Part shown: positions 53,001-64,000 of the stretch, piece by piece
How positions within the stretch are numbered: position 1 is the stretch's first letter
Layout of the letters: every line of letters starts with the position of its first letter
Assembly: GCA_013239625.1 (NCBI GenBank)
Contig: MU054049.1
Location: forward strand, 1,253,015-1,317,014
Reading direction: 5' to 3'
Source of the DNA: Lama guanicoe
Lineage: Eukaryota
DNA: 64,000 bases
Translations under genes and position numbers: made by a program
Notes under the pieces: model-generated
The model's database searches: none
What the model was told of the DNA's origin: nothing
What the model saw: only the letters and a program-made list of their open reading frames with translations

Positions 53001-56000
53001 CCAGCAGCTGCTATATTTGTTCTGGGGTCTAGAACCTTCCTGTGACCCGGCTGTGACTTGCAAGGACCTCAGGCTTCCTGCTCAGAAGCTAAGAAACGAC
53101 CTGAAATTGCACTTCCCCGATACCCTCTTCCGGTCTCATTAAAGAGGCTGCAGGTGCCAAACTTCATGTAAACAGGACACTGCTGCATCTCTCCCATGGG
53201 CACCAGCATTCCTTTCTTCCTGTGAGAGTGCCTAGACGTGGGGCAGAAGCCACCCCGAAGCTGTGCAGGTTCGTGAGGGACAGCAGAAGGGCAACAGAGG
53301 AGCCAGGGGAACAAAGCAGAGACGCCTCCACGATGGGGTGGGAGCTTGGGGACACCTCCTTGGTTTCCATGGATCCCCATCTGTGGCAAGAGAGCATCCG
53401 GAGCCACACAGATTGCTCGCTCCCAAACCTAGCTCAGGACCATGCAGACCCTGGCCCACAGTGGGCCCTGACTCCTGGGAGATTGGCAGTGAGTAAGGGA
53501 TTGCACACATGGGGGTCCCTGCTAACACCTGGAAGCGCACAGCCATCAGCCGTCCAGGAGGACCAAGGGAGACCTGGTCCAACCTGGGGCCATCAAAGAA
53601 GGTCTCCTGGAGTCAACAGCACCATTTAAATTAAAACAAAGGGACAAGTAGGAGTCAGTGAAGATGGCGGGGGAGTGGGGAATGGGGGCAGGCGGGGGAG
53701 GGGCCCAGGCAGAGAAAGAGACACCAGCCAAGGCCAGGAGGCCCGAGCGGGCATAAGGGCTTGGCAATCAAGAAGGTGGCTCCATGGGTCAGAGAGGCAA
53801 AGGGGCACAGGTAAGCTGAGGCCCTCGGAGCCTTGCAGAGGAGGGGGACAGGACAGACAGCCAGGACCTGGCTGCCCCGGGCAGGAGCTGGAGGCAGAAG
53901 GCCACAGGAGGCCACCAGAAGGGATGGAGTGCTGACCTGAGACAGTGAAACACCAAGGGGAAATGCCTGCAGCTTCCAGAAATAGCCTCATAATGAAGAG
54001 GAAGACAATAATGGTGGGTGACCAGACGGTATCAAAACCTTTGCCCGCTTTGTTTTTCCGGAGCAGCCTTTGCTAATTAATTCTTAACGATTCACACACT
54101 GGGATTAAAACACTCAGCTCCAGAAGCCAAACTGATCAATACCCTTCCAGGCTAATGGAGGGGCTGGAGGCAGAGAGCAGGCTCCGGCCCAAGGTGGATC
54201 CAAGGCTGCTCCAGGCACGGGGAGGGCTTCCAAAGCAGCACGCCCCCCTCCCCCGACCCCGGGAGTCCCAGGTCCACGCTGGCCAGAAGCTGGCGACATA
54301 TACACACTATCATGCCTCGCCAGGGAGCTGCTGAAACCTCAAGGGAGCTAGAAGTGCGTGGAAGCCAGGGGTAGCCTGAGGCTGCCCCGGTGGGAGGCCC
54401 CGGCCAGAGGACCCACAGCCGGGACACCCAGCTGACTCTACACTCACCCATGGAGGGGTTTGCTCCACCTACAAATGTCTCTGTGGAGTTGTGAAACCCA
54501 CCTCTGCCCCCGCAGTGGGTGGGCAGGAATGATACTTGGAACCAGAACATCTGAGTCCGCATTCTGCCACTGCTCAGCCCATGGCCTTGGGCCAGATGTG
54601 ACATGGTTTCTGGCTCAGTGGCCCCTGTGCGATGGGGCTGACTACAGGAAGCCTGCTGGCCACCTACAGAGTGTGGCTCCGAGGACCCCCTCCCAGGTGG
54701 GTGGATGCAGACTGAGGTGCAGGCAGGAACCATCCTCCAAGGGCACTCAGCCATCACTTGATACAGGTCCTCAGCTTTCCAGGGGGCCACAGGATAGGTG
54801 GGGGCAGAGCATACCAGGAGCTGGCCCTCGGGAGGCGCTTATGTCCTCCCCACCGAGGACTCAGGTCTCTGTTCTTGCCTCTAGAAGGCTGTGGAATTCC
54901 AGGTGGGGGACGGCCCACCCACTCAACACTGGGGCTTCAGACCAAAGAGCCATTTTCAGGAGCGAGTCTCTGGGCTTGCCTTTGCAGAGAGAGCAGGGGA
55001 GGCTGGAAGCAGTGCAGAATAACTAATTAATGATGGTAAAGTATTGTGGAAGAGGAAAGCGTTGCATAACCGCTAAGTGGTGGGGTTATTATTATTCATG
55101 CAATATTCATACCGAGCTCTTCAGCCTCAGTGAAGCTTCGCTCCAAAGTCCTCAGGGATCTGGCAGAGCAGCGCATGTGCCCAGGGGGCGGGGCTGTGGG
55201 ATGACAGCTGGCCTGGCCCTCAGGGAAGGGGCTGTGATGCTGCAGTGAAAACAGCCACACCCGGCCAACAAGAGCCCGGAAACCTTGGCCACACAGAGCC
55301 ATCTGCCTCCATCACTGAGCCCTACTGTGTGCCAAGGTCTGTGCCAGGCATTTCCACCCTAGTCATCTTTTTAAAGGCCGCTTCCAACATTCACAGAGCC
55401 CAGGGCATCACCAATCTAAATATTTAAAAGTTAGAGATCAAGCCACATACAGGACCCCACCCCTCCCCAAGGCCCCCACCTGGCGGGGTCCCTGCAGTCC
55501 ACTCCCCAGGGGTCACCTTCAGGAGGGGGATGCTCCCCACTTCCTCCTGCCAGGATCTTCTGAACAGAGTAGGGGCAAGTCAGGTCTGGCCTGGGCCTCC
55601 TGGAAAGACCGGACCCTTCCAGATTCGGGATGGGACTGGCTCAGTCTGACGCCCCCGATGGGCCTCCCACCAACACCTCACTTTCCCAGTGGACTCCTGG
55701 GCAGAGTTGAGATGCCCTCAAACTAGCCCACTAAGTGGAGGGAGGCAGTGCAGTGTGGTTATCTGGGAGCTGGGTCTGCGAAGGAATGCCCGTTGCTCAT
55801 TGAAATAAAAGCTGTCCCCCCTCCCCTCTCTAGTTCCCAGCCCCCGACCAAGCTGCACTTCCCCTCCCCTCGCTTTCAGCTGCTCAACCCACAGGCGAGT
55901 CCCTCTCCCTTACATCTGCATGCTGACCCAGCTCCCGAACTCTCAGAGACTTTCTGAGAAGACCAAGAAGAAAAACCATCTTTGCATTCGGTTGGGTGTG

Positions 56001-58408
56001 TGTGTGACCTGGGGGGACCCTCCAAAGCCAGGGAGGGGCGGGGCCCCTCTTGGGGAACACAGTCCTCATTTCGCTGGGAAGTACTGGCAGGTGATGCGTC
56101 CTGTAGGGTCACATACCGAGTAGGAGAGCTGTGGGGTCTGAAGCTGGACCAGCCAGGCTCCACAGAAGGGTCTCACGCCAGCACACAGGGAGGACAGGGG
56201 CCCTAAGTGGACCACAGGTTCTTAACACGTCATGTGACTAGTGCACATCTCCAGCTCGGGAGGACCTCAGCTCTTTGTACCCCAAGGTCACCTCAGGGAC
56301 CCTCTCTGAGTATCTCCAGAGCCTTCCCTGGGTCAGCTTAGCTGCCCCGGGCTGTGGCCACACAGCCTCGGGCTGGCCCTGTCCAGCATTGTCTTCTGTG
56401 GGGCGGAGCCTGGGCACAGGCTGAGACAGACGCGGCCCCTTCACCCACACCCCCGACCTCAGGCCACGTGCTGCTGCCAGTGGCGAGCACGTGGTGCGGC
56501 CTCAGAAGCCAGCCTAGACCCTGCTGGCATGACCCTAGACAAATCCAGGCTGTCTTCCCTCTCTTAAGAAATCTCTTAATTGCCAGCCTGATGTCGGCCA
56601 CACTGAGATGCAGGGGGCTCTCCTTCCCTTAATATGCCCTTCAGGATAAGACCATCTTCCTCCCCATGGCTCACCTGCCCTCCTCCACTCACCTGCCAGC
56701 CTGATCCCACACTGCCCTCCAGCCTGTGCTGCCCTCCCTGCATCCCTCCTGTGTCAATCAGATTTGGGGAGCAAGAACTCTGGGGTGGGCCCTGTAGCAG
56801 GGCTGGGGAGGCCCTGTAACCCCAGTAAATGCTTATCTGTCCTGGCAGCAGTGGGAAGCTGCTGAAGGAGTCAGCCAGGCAGAGGCATAATCAATTTGCT
56901 CTCAACAAAACTCCTCCTCCAAGAAGCCCTCCCAGATACCCTAGTTTGAATCAAGGGCTCCTCCTCTGTTTCCGTCCATGTTGCCTCATCTCAGTACTTA
57001 ACACACCACATTGCAACTGTCTTCCCCAGAGACCGTCAACTCCTTTGGACCCGACTCACTTATTTTTGTGTCTCAGCAGAGTCTGGTGAAAATCACTATT
57101 TGCTTAACTTAAGAGAAAGCAATGATGTCCATGTGTCCCAGTCTTCTGGCATAGCCCATGGGCCCATCTCTAGGGTCTTCATTTCGTCCACTGGACATCA
57201 GCTCCTTGATGACGTGGCCCAAGGGTTTGCACAGGTCTCTGAGGTGGGTGCAGCCAGGTTCCAGGCAGAAATTCCCCAGCTGCTCATCTGTTTCATTCAG
57301 ACAAGCGGGAAGAGCGAGCCCAGTTCATCTTACTGAGAACCATTAGCCAGTTATTTAATGGAATCAAATTTAATAAAAGGAGCAGTTCAAGAAGCAATTC
57401 TGGTGGATAAATGAGGGTCTGGGCGTGACAGAGATGCTTACAGGACTTTAAAGAGGAAGCACAGTGGTTTAATTTGGGAGAGAGTGAAAAAGTCTGCTGA
57501 TCAGTGTGTCAGTCAGAGCAGTTCTGGTTCTGAGCCTCTCAGCGGTAGCTCCTACCCAGGGTACAGGGTCGCCCCTCCTGCCTTCACCTCAAGGGGCATT
57601 TCACTCCTTCAGGAGTCTCTTGGATCAGGAATGCGTGTCTGAGAGATGTTAGGTGGCCCAGAGCCCCTTCCCAAACAGCGTCCCTTTGAATCACCCATCC
57701 TCCGGGCTCTTACAAACTCCTTTCAGACTTCCATTCCTGGGAAGATGGGCTAAGCTTACTCTTCCCGCGTTTTCTCACTAAGTAGAGCAAAAAACCCTAG
57801 ATAGTACATTAAAAATCCACGTAAGAAGATCTATCCTGAAAGGGGGAGAGGGGAAGGCAAACTGGCTGAGGACCTTGGGGGAGCCCCCTGGAAGTAGCAT
57901 GTGGCCAGAGGTCATGTGTGGCTGAGTCATTGATGTCTGTCTCATGGTGTCTGACTCTTAAAAAGATGAGTCAGTCAACCAGATTTTTATTCTCCTCTAA
58001 GATTTCTAAATTGTTTGACAGTTAAAGCTAAAAACTGACACATGTCTCATATAGTTCTCAATATATGTAGAAGAAATATTTAAGAGAGTAAAGGGATACA
58101 GAGGCACAATTTCTACACTTCATATGAAATGATAAAATGTTGACACCAGTAGATGGTAATACATTTTACATAAATATATATATATATATATAAAATGTAA
58201 TATCCAGAGCAACCACTCAAAAAGCTATGAAAAGCAATATACTCAAAAACACTACAGACAAATCAAAACGGAATTCTAAAAAATGGTCCAGTAACACACT
58301 GGAGAAAAATAAATGAAAAACAGGGAGTGATTAGAAGTCAAAATATAAAATGGCGGACTGAATGCTCGAACATATTGGTAACAACATTAAGAGTAAATTG
58401 CCTAAATT

Positions 58409-58475
58409 GTGCTGAACACTGGAATTTGACACAACACTGTAAAATGATTATGAATCAATAAAAAATGTAAAAAAA
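58409..58475 (+). mobile_element. Very short retroposon 3' end (probably a young L1) with a TSD of about 20 bp
   Basis: acactggaatttgacacaacactgtaaaatgattatgaatcaataaaaaa, flanked by aagagtaaa(t/c)tgcctaaatt on both sides. Confidence 0.75.
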
Positions 58476-58517
58476 AGAGTAAACTGCCTAAATTTGCCAA
58501 TTAAAAAACAGATTTTT

Positions 58518-58655
58518 GGGGGGGAGGAGGGTATAGCTCAAGTGGTAGAATGCATGCTTAGCATGCATGAGGTCCTGGGCTCAATTCCCAGCACCTCCTC
58601 CAAATATAAATAAATAAGCCCAATTACCCCCACCTCATGAAAGAAAAAGAGAAAA
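58518..58655 (+). mobile_element. tRNA-derived SINE nested in an old L1
   Basis: gagggtatagctcaagtggtagaatgcatgcttagcatgcatgaggtcctgggctcaattccc with an A-rich tail. Confidence 0.88.
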
Positions 58656-61600
58656 AACAAATTTTCAAGGTCAATTTAAAAAACAACTGAGCTAGAGGCT
58701 CTCTACAAGAAACTTGCTCCAAGTATTACACAAGTAGGTTGAAATTAAAAAGATAGAAAAATAGATGTCATGCAAACATTAACAAACAGAAAGAAGGAGT
58801 GATTATATGCTACATTACAAAGTGATGAAAGAGTCCATCCACAAAGCAGACACAGTAATCATAAATGTCTATACATCGGACAACAGAGTTGCAAAATATA
58901 TAAAGCAGAAACTGATAAAACTGAAAGAAAAAAATAGACAAATGCACAATTATAGCTGAAGGTTTCAACAGACCTCTCTCAATAATTGATCAAATAGCTA
59001 GACAGAAAATCAATAATAGTTTTTTTAAAAATTCAACCATACTATCAAGCAATAAGACCCAACACCAGCAGAATACACATTCTCTTCAAGTGCTCAGATA
59101 AGATATACTAAGATAGTCTATACTCTGGGTCAAACCTCAACAAATTTAGAAGAATTTAAATCATACAAAGAGTGTTCTCTGATCACAATGGACTCAACTA
59201 AAAATAATGATAGAAAGATAACAGGAAAACTTCCAAACACTAAGAAACTAACAACACTTCTAAATAATTCATTGGTCAGAAAGAAAGTCTGAAGGGAAAG
59301 TTAAAAATATATTAACTGAATGAAAAGGAAAACATGCATATCAAAATTTGTAGGACACAGCCAAAGCAGTGCTGAGAGGGCAATTGATAGCACTAAAATG
59401 CTTACATTGGAAAAGATGAGAAGTCGTAAGTCAATAATCTAATATCCCTCTTGAAGAAACCAGAAGAAAAACATCAAAATAAAGCCAAAGCCAGCAGAAG
59501 GAAATAAACAATAAAGATTAGAGCAGAAATCAATGAGATTGAAGACAAAAATAATAGAGAAAAACAGTGAAACAAAAACCTGGTTCTTTGAAAAGACCAA
59601 TAAAGTTGAGAGACCTCTAACCAGACTGACAAAGGAAAAAAGAAGGAAAACATCAATTACCAGTAACAGAAATGAAACAGTATCACAGATCCTACAGACA
59701 CGAGAAAGATAATGAGAATGCCACAAACAACTTCACATGTAAAATCCTGATGACTTAGATAAAATGGACAAATTCCTCAACAATTACAAATATCACAACT
59801 TACTCAACACAAAAGAATACTATGAATAGCCTTTTCCTGTTAAGTCCTTCCCTTTGAAATAGCCCTTACCTTATTAAAGAAATTGAATTCATAATCTACA
59901 AACTCCCAAAAAAGAAATCTCCAGGCTCAGTTCCATGGAAGAAGTCTAGCAAATGCGTAAAGAAAAATCAACACCAATTCTACACAATCCCACCCAGAAA
60001 ATAGAATGGGAGGAAGCACTTCCTAATTGATTTCATGAAGCCAGCATTACTGTGACATTAAAACCAGATGAAATAAATGCAAAAACATTTTTTTAAAGAA
60101 AAGAAAATAAAAAGAAGCTACACACTAGTGTCCCTCATGAAGAAAGATTCAAAAATTCTTACTAAAATATTATCAGGTAGAATTCAGCAAGTTAAAAGGA
60201 TTATATATTATGATTAAATAGAGTTTATTTAGGGATATAAGGCTGGTTTGATATTCAAAAATCCATCGATGTAATCCATCACATTAACAAGCTAAAGAGG
60301 AAGGAATCAATGACCATATTAAGTGATGCAAGAAAAGCATTTGACAGAATTCTACACCAACTCATGACACTCTCAGAATGGAGGAACAGAGGGAAGTTCC
60401 TTCAGCTTGATAAAAAAAAATCTACTAAAATACATTTACCAAAAAAACCTACAGCTAATATCACAATGTTGAAAAACAAGATGTTTTCCCACTAAGATGG
60501 AGAACATACCTGTGTAACACAGTACTGGAAGCTCCTGCCAGTCTGGTAAGGCAAGAAAAGGAAATAAAAGGCATGCTTTTCAGAAAGGAAGAAATAAAAC
60601 TGTCCCCATTTGCAGATGTTATCATGGTCTACGTGGAAAATCTCAAGGGATCTAAAAATTAACTCCTAGAACTAATAAGTGAGTTCGGCGAAGGGGCAGG
60701 ATAACAAGATCTACACACACAAGTCAATTCCACTCCTATACACTAAAAATGACACCTAGAAAGATAAAATTTAAATATCATACAATTTATAATTGCTCAA
60801 AAAATACTTAGGTGAAAATCTAACAATATATGTACAGGTCTCATATTAAAAACACTGCAACACTGAGAGAAATAAAAAAAAAGCATCTTAATAAATATAA
60901 ATACACACTGAGTTCATGAAAACTCAGCATAGTAAAGATGTCAAATCTCCCCAAATTGACCTATAGATTTAATGTAATTCCTAGCAAAAGTCCAGCAAGA
61001 TTTTTTGTTGATAGAGATAAGATTATTCCACAATTTACACAGAAAGGTAAAGGAAGTAGACTTGCTAGAAACTTTTTTTGAAAGTGAAGACTGCAGTAGG
61101 AAGGGTGCTCTGCCACGGTGAAACCTATATACGAACAGAAATCAAGACTCTGTGGTGTTGGCAAAGGGATGAACACGTACATCAATGGAAAGAAAAGATA
61201 GCCCAGAAAAATGTCCACACAGGTATGGTCAACTGATACTTTGATGAGGGAGCAAAATCAATTCAATAGAAGAATAGTTTTATCAACCCATGATGCGGGA
61301 GCAATTGAGTATCCTTAGGCAAAGAAAGAAAGAGAGTGAGAAAAAGAGGAAGGAAGGAAGGATGGATGGAAGGAAGGAAAAAAGGAAAGGAAAAGAAAAA
61401 AATATTACCCAGATCTAAATTCACAAATGAAGATCAGATTTAAATGCAAAATATAAATCTATGTAACTTTCAGGAGAACATGTCAGATAAAATCTTTGCG
61501 AATTAGGGCTTGGTGAAAACTCCTCAGACACAATATTAAAAGCATGATCCGTACAAGAAAAAGATCAGTAAATTAGACTTAGTTAAAACTAAGTAACTTG

Positions 61601-62699
61601 CTCTGTGAGAGGCCCTGTGATGAGGAACAGACAAGCTGGAGACTGAGAGAAACTACCTGCAAAACACATAATTGACAAAGAACTCAAATCCAAAATATAT
61701 TAAGAACTCTTAAAATTCAACAGCGAAAACAAACAAAACAAAAGACAAGCAATCGAATTAGAAAATGGGTGAAAAATCATAAAGAGAATTCCGACTCTCT
61801 CAGGAAATTTCTGCTTGCCTCCCAGGGTCCTTAGCCTCTTCCTTTACCCTCCGCTGACTTTCTGAGAGACCCTGGTGCACGTTTTCTTTTGCTGTATTTG
61901 TGGTAACTTGTTACACAGCCAAAGAAAACGAAGACAGCAGGAATTCTTTTTCCCTGGAATCCACACACCACACAATTCTGAAACATCATCTTGGCAGGAA
62001 TCTAGAGCTGGGGAAAAGCTGTCAGGAAAGATTTTTACAAAGATCTCAGGGACTAAGTGCCAAGGAATAAAGTGATGACTTTGACTTGTAAGATAAAAAC
62101 GAATTTAATTCTCTTTACCCCGGCCTCTGCCATCTTTTCATTATAAATTAAGGGGAGGAGAAATCTCTCTTCAATAACTCTGGCTCCTTCAGTGAAGAAT
62201 GTTTTAGGCCCTGGAACATAATTAAAGTGATATTGTATTATAATAATACATAGATTTCAGCGGGTGCTTTCCAACGGAATTAAAACGAAGACAGATGGCC
62301 GACATTTTGGTTAGAATTAGAGTCCACAGGAATATTTTGCATGGCAGCTTCTTAAAAAGGAAAATGCAAACCTCTAATAAAATGCTTTGAAATTTCACCA
62401 GATATTTTCAATTGCTCTTGTTAGAGCAATATTTTAGCAAAATTTTAAAATATTGATCAGTTGGTGGTTAAGTGGCAAATAATTTATTTAGAATTGTGAC
62501 AATCATAATCCAAATCCTGGTCCTGAATCTTTTACCATTATGTCAAAAATACATTAGCCTTCCCCAGGAAGTCGTCCTGGGCCTCCCAATGTGAACCCTG
62601 AGGATGGAAGTTCAGTTCTAGAGTTTTCTGGTGGGAAATGGACCCCCGGAATCTGGTCAGTAGGATGTCAGGCAAACCCTGAAATGAGGGATGTTCCAT

Positions 62700-63350
62700 G
62701 AGAAAAGGGAGATGGAAGCTTCTTGAACATCAGTGTCATAAACGCTGAACAAAAGCTGTGGGGGTGTTTCAGGTTAAAGAAGGCTGAAGAGACACGGTTA
62801 CCAAACACAGCACCTGCTCCTCCCCACCCCTGGCTCCTTGGCTGAGATGCAATGAAAGCTGCAAAGGGCATTGTTGGGGCCCCTGAAAACATTGGTCTAT
62901 GATAGATTATGTGAAAACATTTTGTCAACATTAAATTTCCTGAAGTTGATAACTGTCCTGGGACTGTGATTATGTGAGAGATTTTCTTTATGCTGAAGAA
63001 ACACACATTAATGTACTTAGGGTTTTTTAAAAAAGTGATGGGTACAAGTTAATTGTAAATGGCTCAGAAAAAAAACTCTCTCTATATATGGGAAGATTTG
63101 TTTTATATAAATATATCTGTATATTTTCCCTATATATCTCTATATAGATAGATATAGGTTATAGATATAAATATCTCCATTTGCTTTATTATATGAACAT
63201 ATTTAGAGAGGAAGATGGTGAGAGAGAGAACATAAGGCAAATGAGGAAATTTGTTTAAGAAATCAGCAACTCACACGAGCGTGCTTTGTACTATTCCTAT
63301 TCTTGCAACTTGCAACTTGAAATTACTTAGAAATAAACTGAATGAAGAGT
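62700..63350 (+). mobile_element. Old L1 (L1MC-like) 3' UTR
   Basis: tcaacattaaatttcctgaagttgataactgt; ctttgtactattc...ttgcaact. Confidence 0.6.
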
Positions 63351-63449
63351 TTGAAAAGTCATGTCAGTTTTGCATGCTGATACCACTTTCCAGTCTCACT
63401 GAGAGGCAGTTTGGTGTTAGGGCTAAAAATACAGGCTTTGGGCATCCGG

Positions 63450-63948
63450 GTAGAGGGTGGGAAACCCCATGAAAAAGATGGCAGGGCCCCTACTCTCCTG
63501 CCAGCACCATCCGGTTCCCTGGCCCGGTGGCATTATCTCGCTTTTTAATTCTGAAATGGCTTACTTCTAGAAAAGTGGGAGTTACCCCTAAGATTCTGTT
63601 GGTTCCCTGAGCTAACTCCTGATTGGTCCATTTGTAATGCCTCATTTGCCTGGAGCTCACTCCTGGTTGGTTTATTTCTATCACTCCTGATTGGTCCATT
63701 TCTACAAAGTTCATTCCTGATTAGTCAACTTTGTTACACCTTATTTACATATGACGTTGCAAAGTATAGACTGGCAGCCTATAAAACGCCTGTGTAAACC
63801 TACACACGGGGTCCAGAGCTTGGAGTGTTAACTCCTCTGGGTCAGCTGGTGTAATAAACCTGAGTTCTCCAATCCTCTGAGTGCTGCTTTGTCTTTCACC
63901 TGGATCCAGGTTGCTGTCACAACTGAGCTGTAACACTGAGCTGTAACA
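63450..63948 (+). mobile_element. Solo ERV1-like LTR (5' boundary approximate)
   Basis: Repeated gattggtc (reverse CCAAT), TATAAAA at 63780-63786, AATAAA at 63853-63858, ends ...ctgtaaca. Confidence 0.75.
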
Positions 63949-64000
63949 CACTTTGCTGCAACAGGTGCTTCCATTTGAATCCCAGCATTCTCACTTTTGG

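Larger units (their letters stand above)
57730..61790 (+). mobile_element. Decayed L1 (ORF2 endonuclease/reverse-transcriptase remnants), antisense within the TMEM273 first intron
   Basis: A-rich strand with ORF2 motifs KTWFFEKTNKVERPLTRL (~59575), DARKAFDRI (~60325) and FAD (~60608); many stop codons. Confidence 0.85.

Noticed and set aside
48380..64000. TMEM273 first coding exon (signal peptide)
   Set aside because: I found no matching ATG exon with a phase-1 donor; it probably lies beyond the right edge of the window.

Overview
Mammalian genomic DNA, most likely a camelid: five copies of a tRNA-derived SINE resemble the camelid family as I recall it. The window matches the VSTM4 - FAM170B - TMEM273 (C10orf128) block, with all three genes on the minus strand. 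It contains (1) the CpG island and 3' end of VSTM4 coding exon 1, whose start codon falls in a 126-N gap; (2) a complete two-exon FAM170B of 291 aa; and (3) five coding exons of TMEM273, including 31-nt and 24-nt micro-exons, with the first exon apparently outside the window. The rest is mostly interspersed repeats: L1, L2, MIR, tRNA-SINEs, ERV1/MaLR/ERVL LTRs, Tigger and hAT elements. Nearly all ORFs in the supplied track are spurious. I found no evidence of a novel multi-gene system. The most interesting observations are regulatory or splicing-related: an LTR beside a micro-exon acceptor that also completes a CTCF motif, an AICE/RUNX cluster, a GATA/ETS/E-box cluster, frame-symmetric TMEM273 exons, and a CRE-like site upstream of FAM170B. 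Gene and repeat-family names come from recalled sequences, not database searches, and repeat boundaries are approximate.
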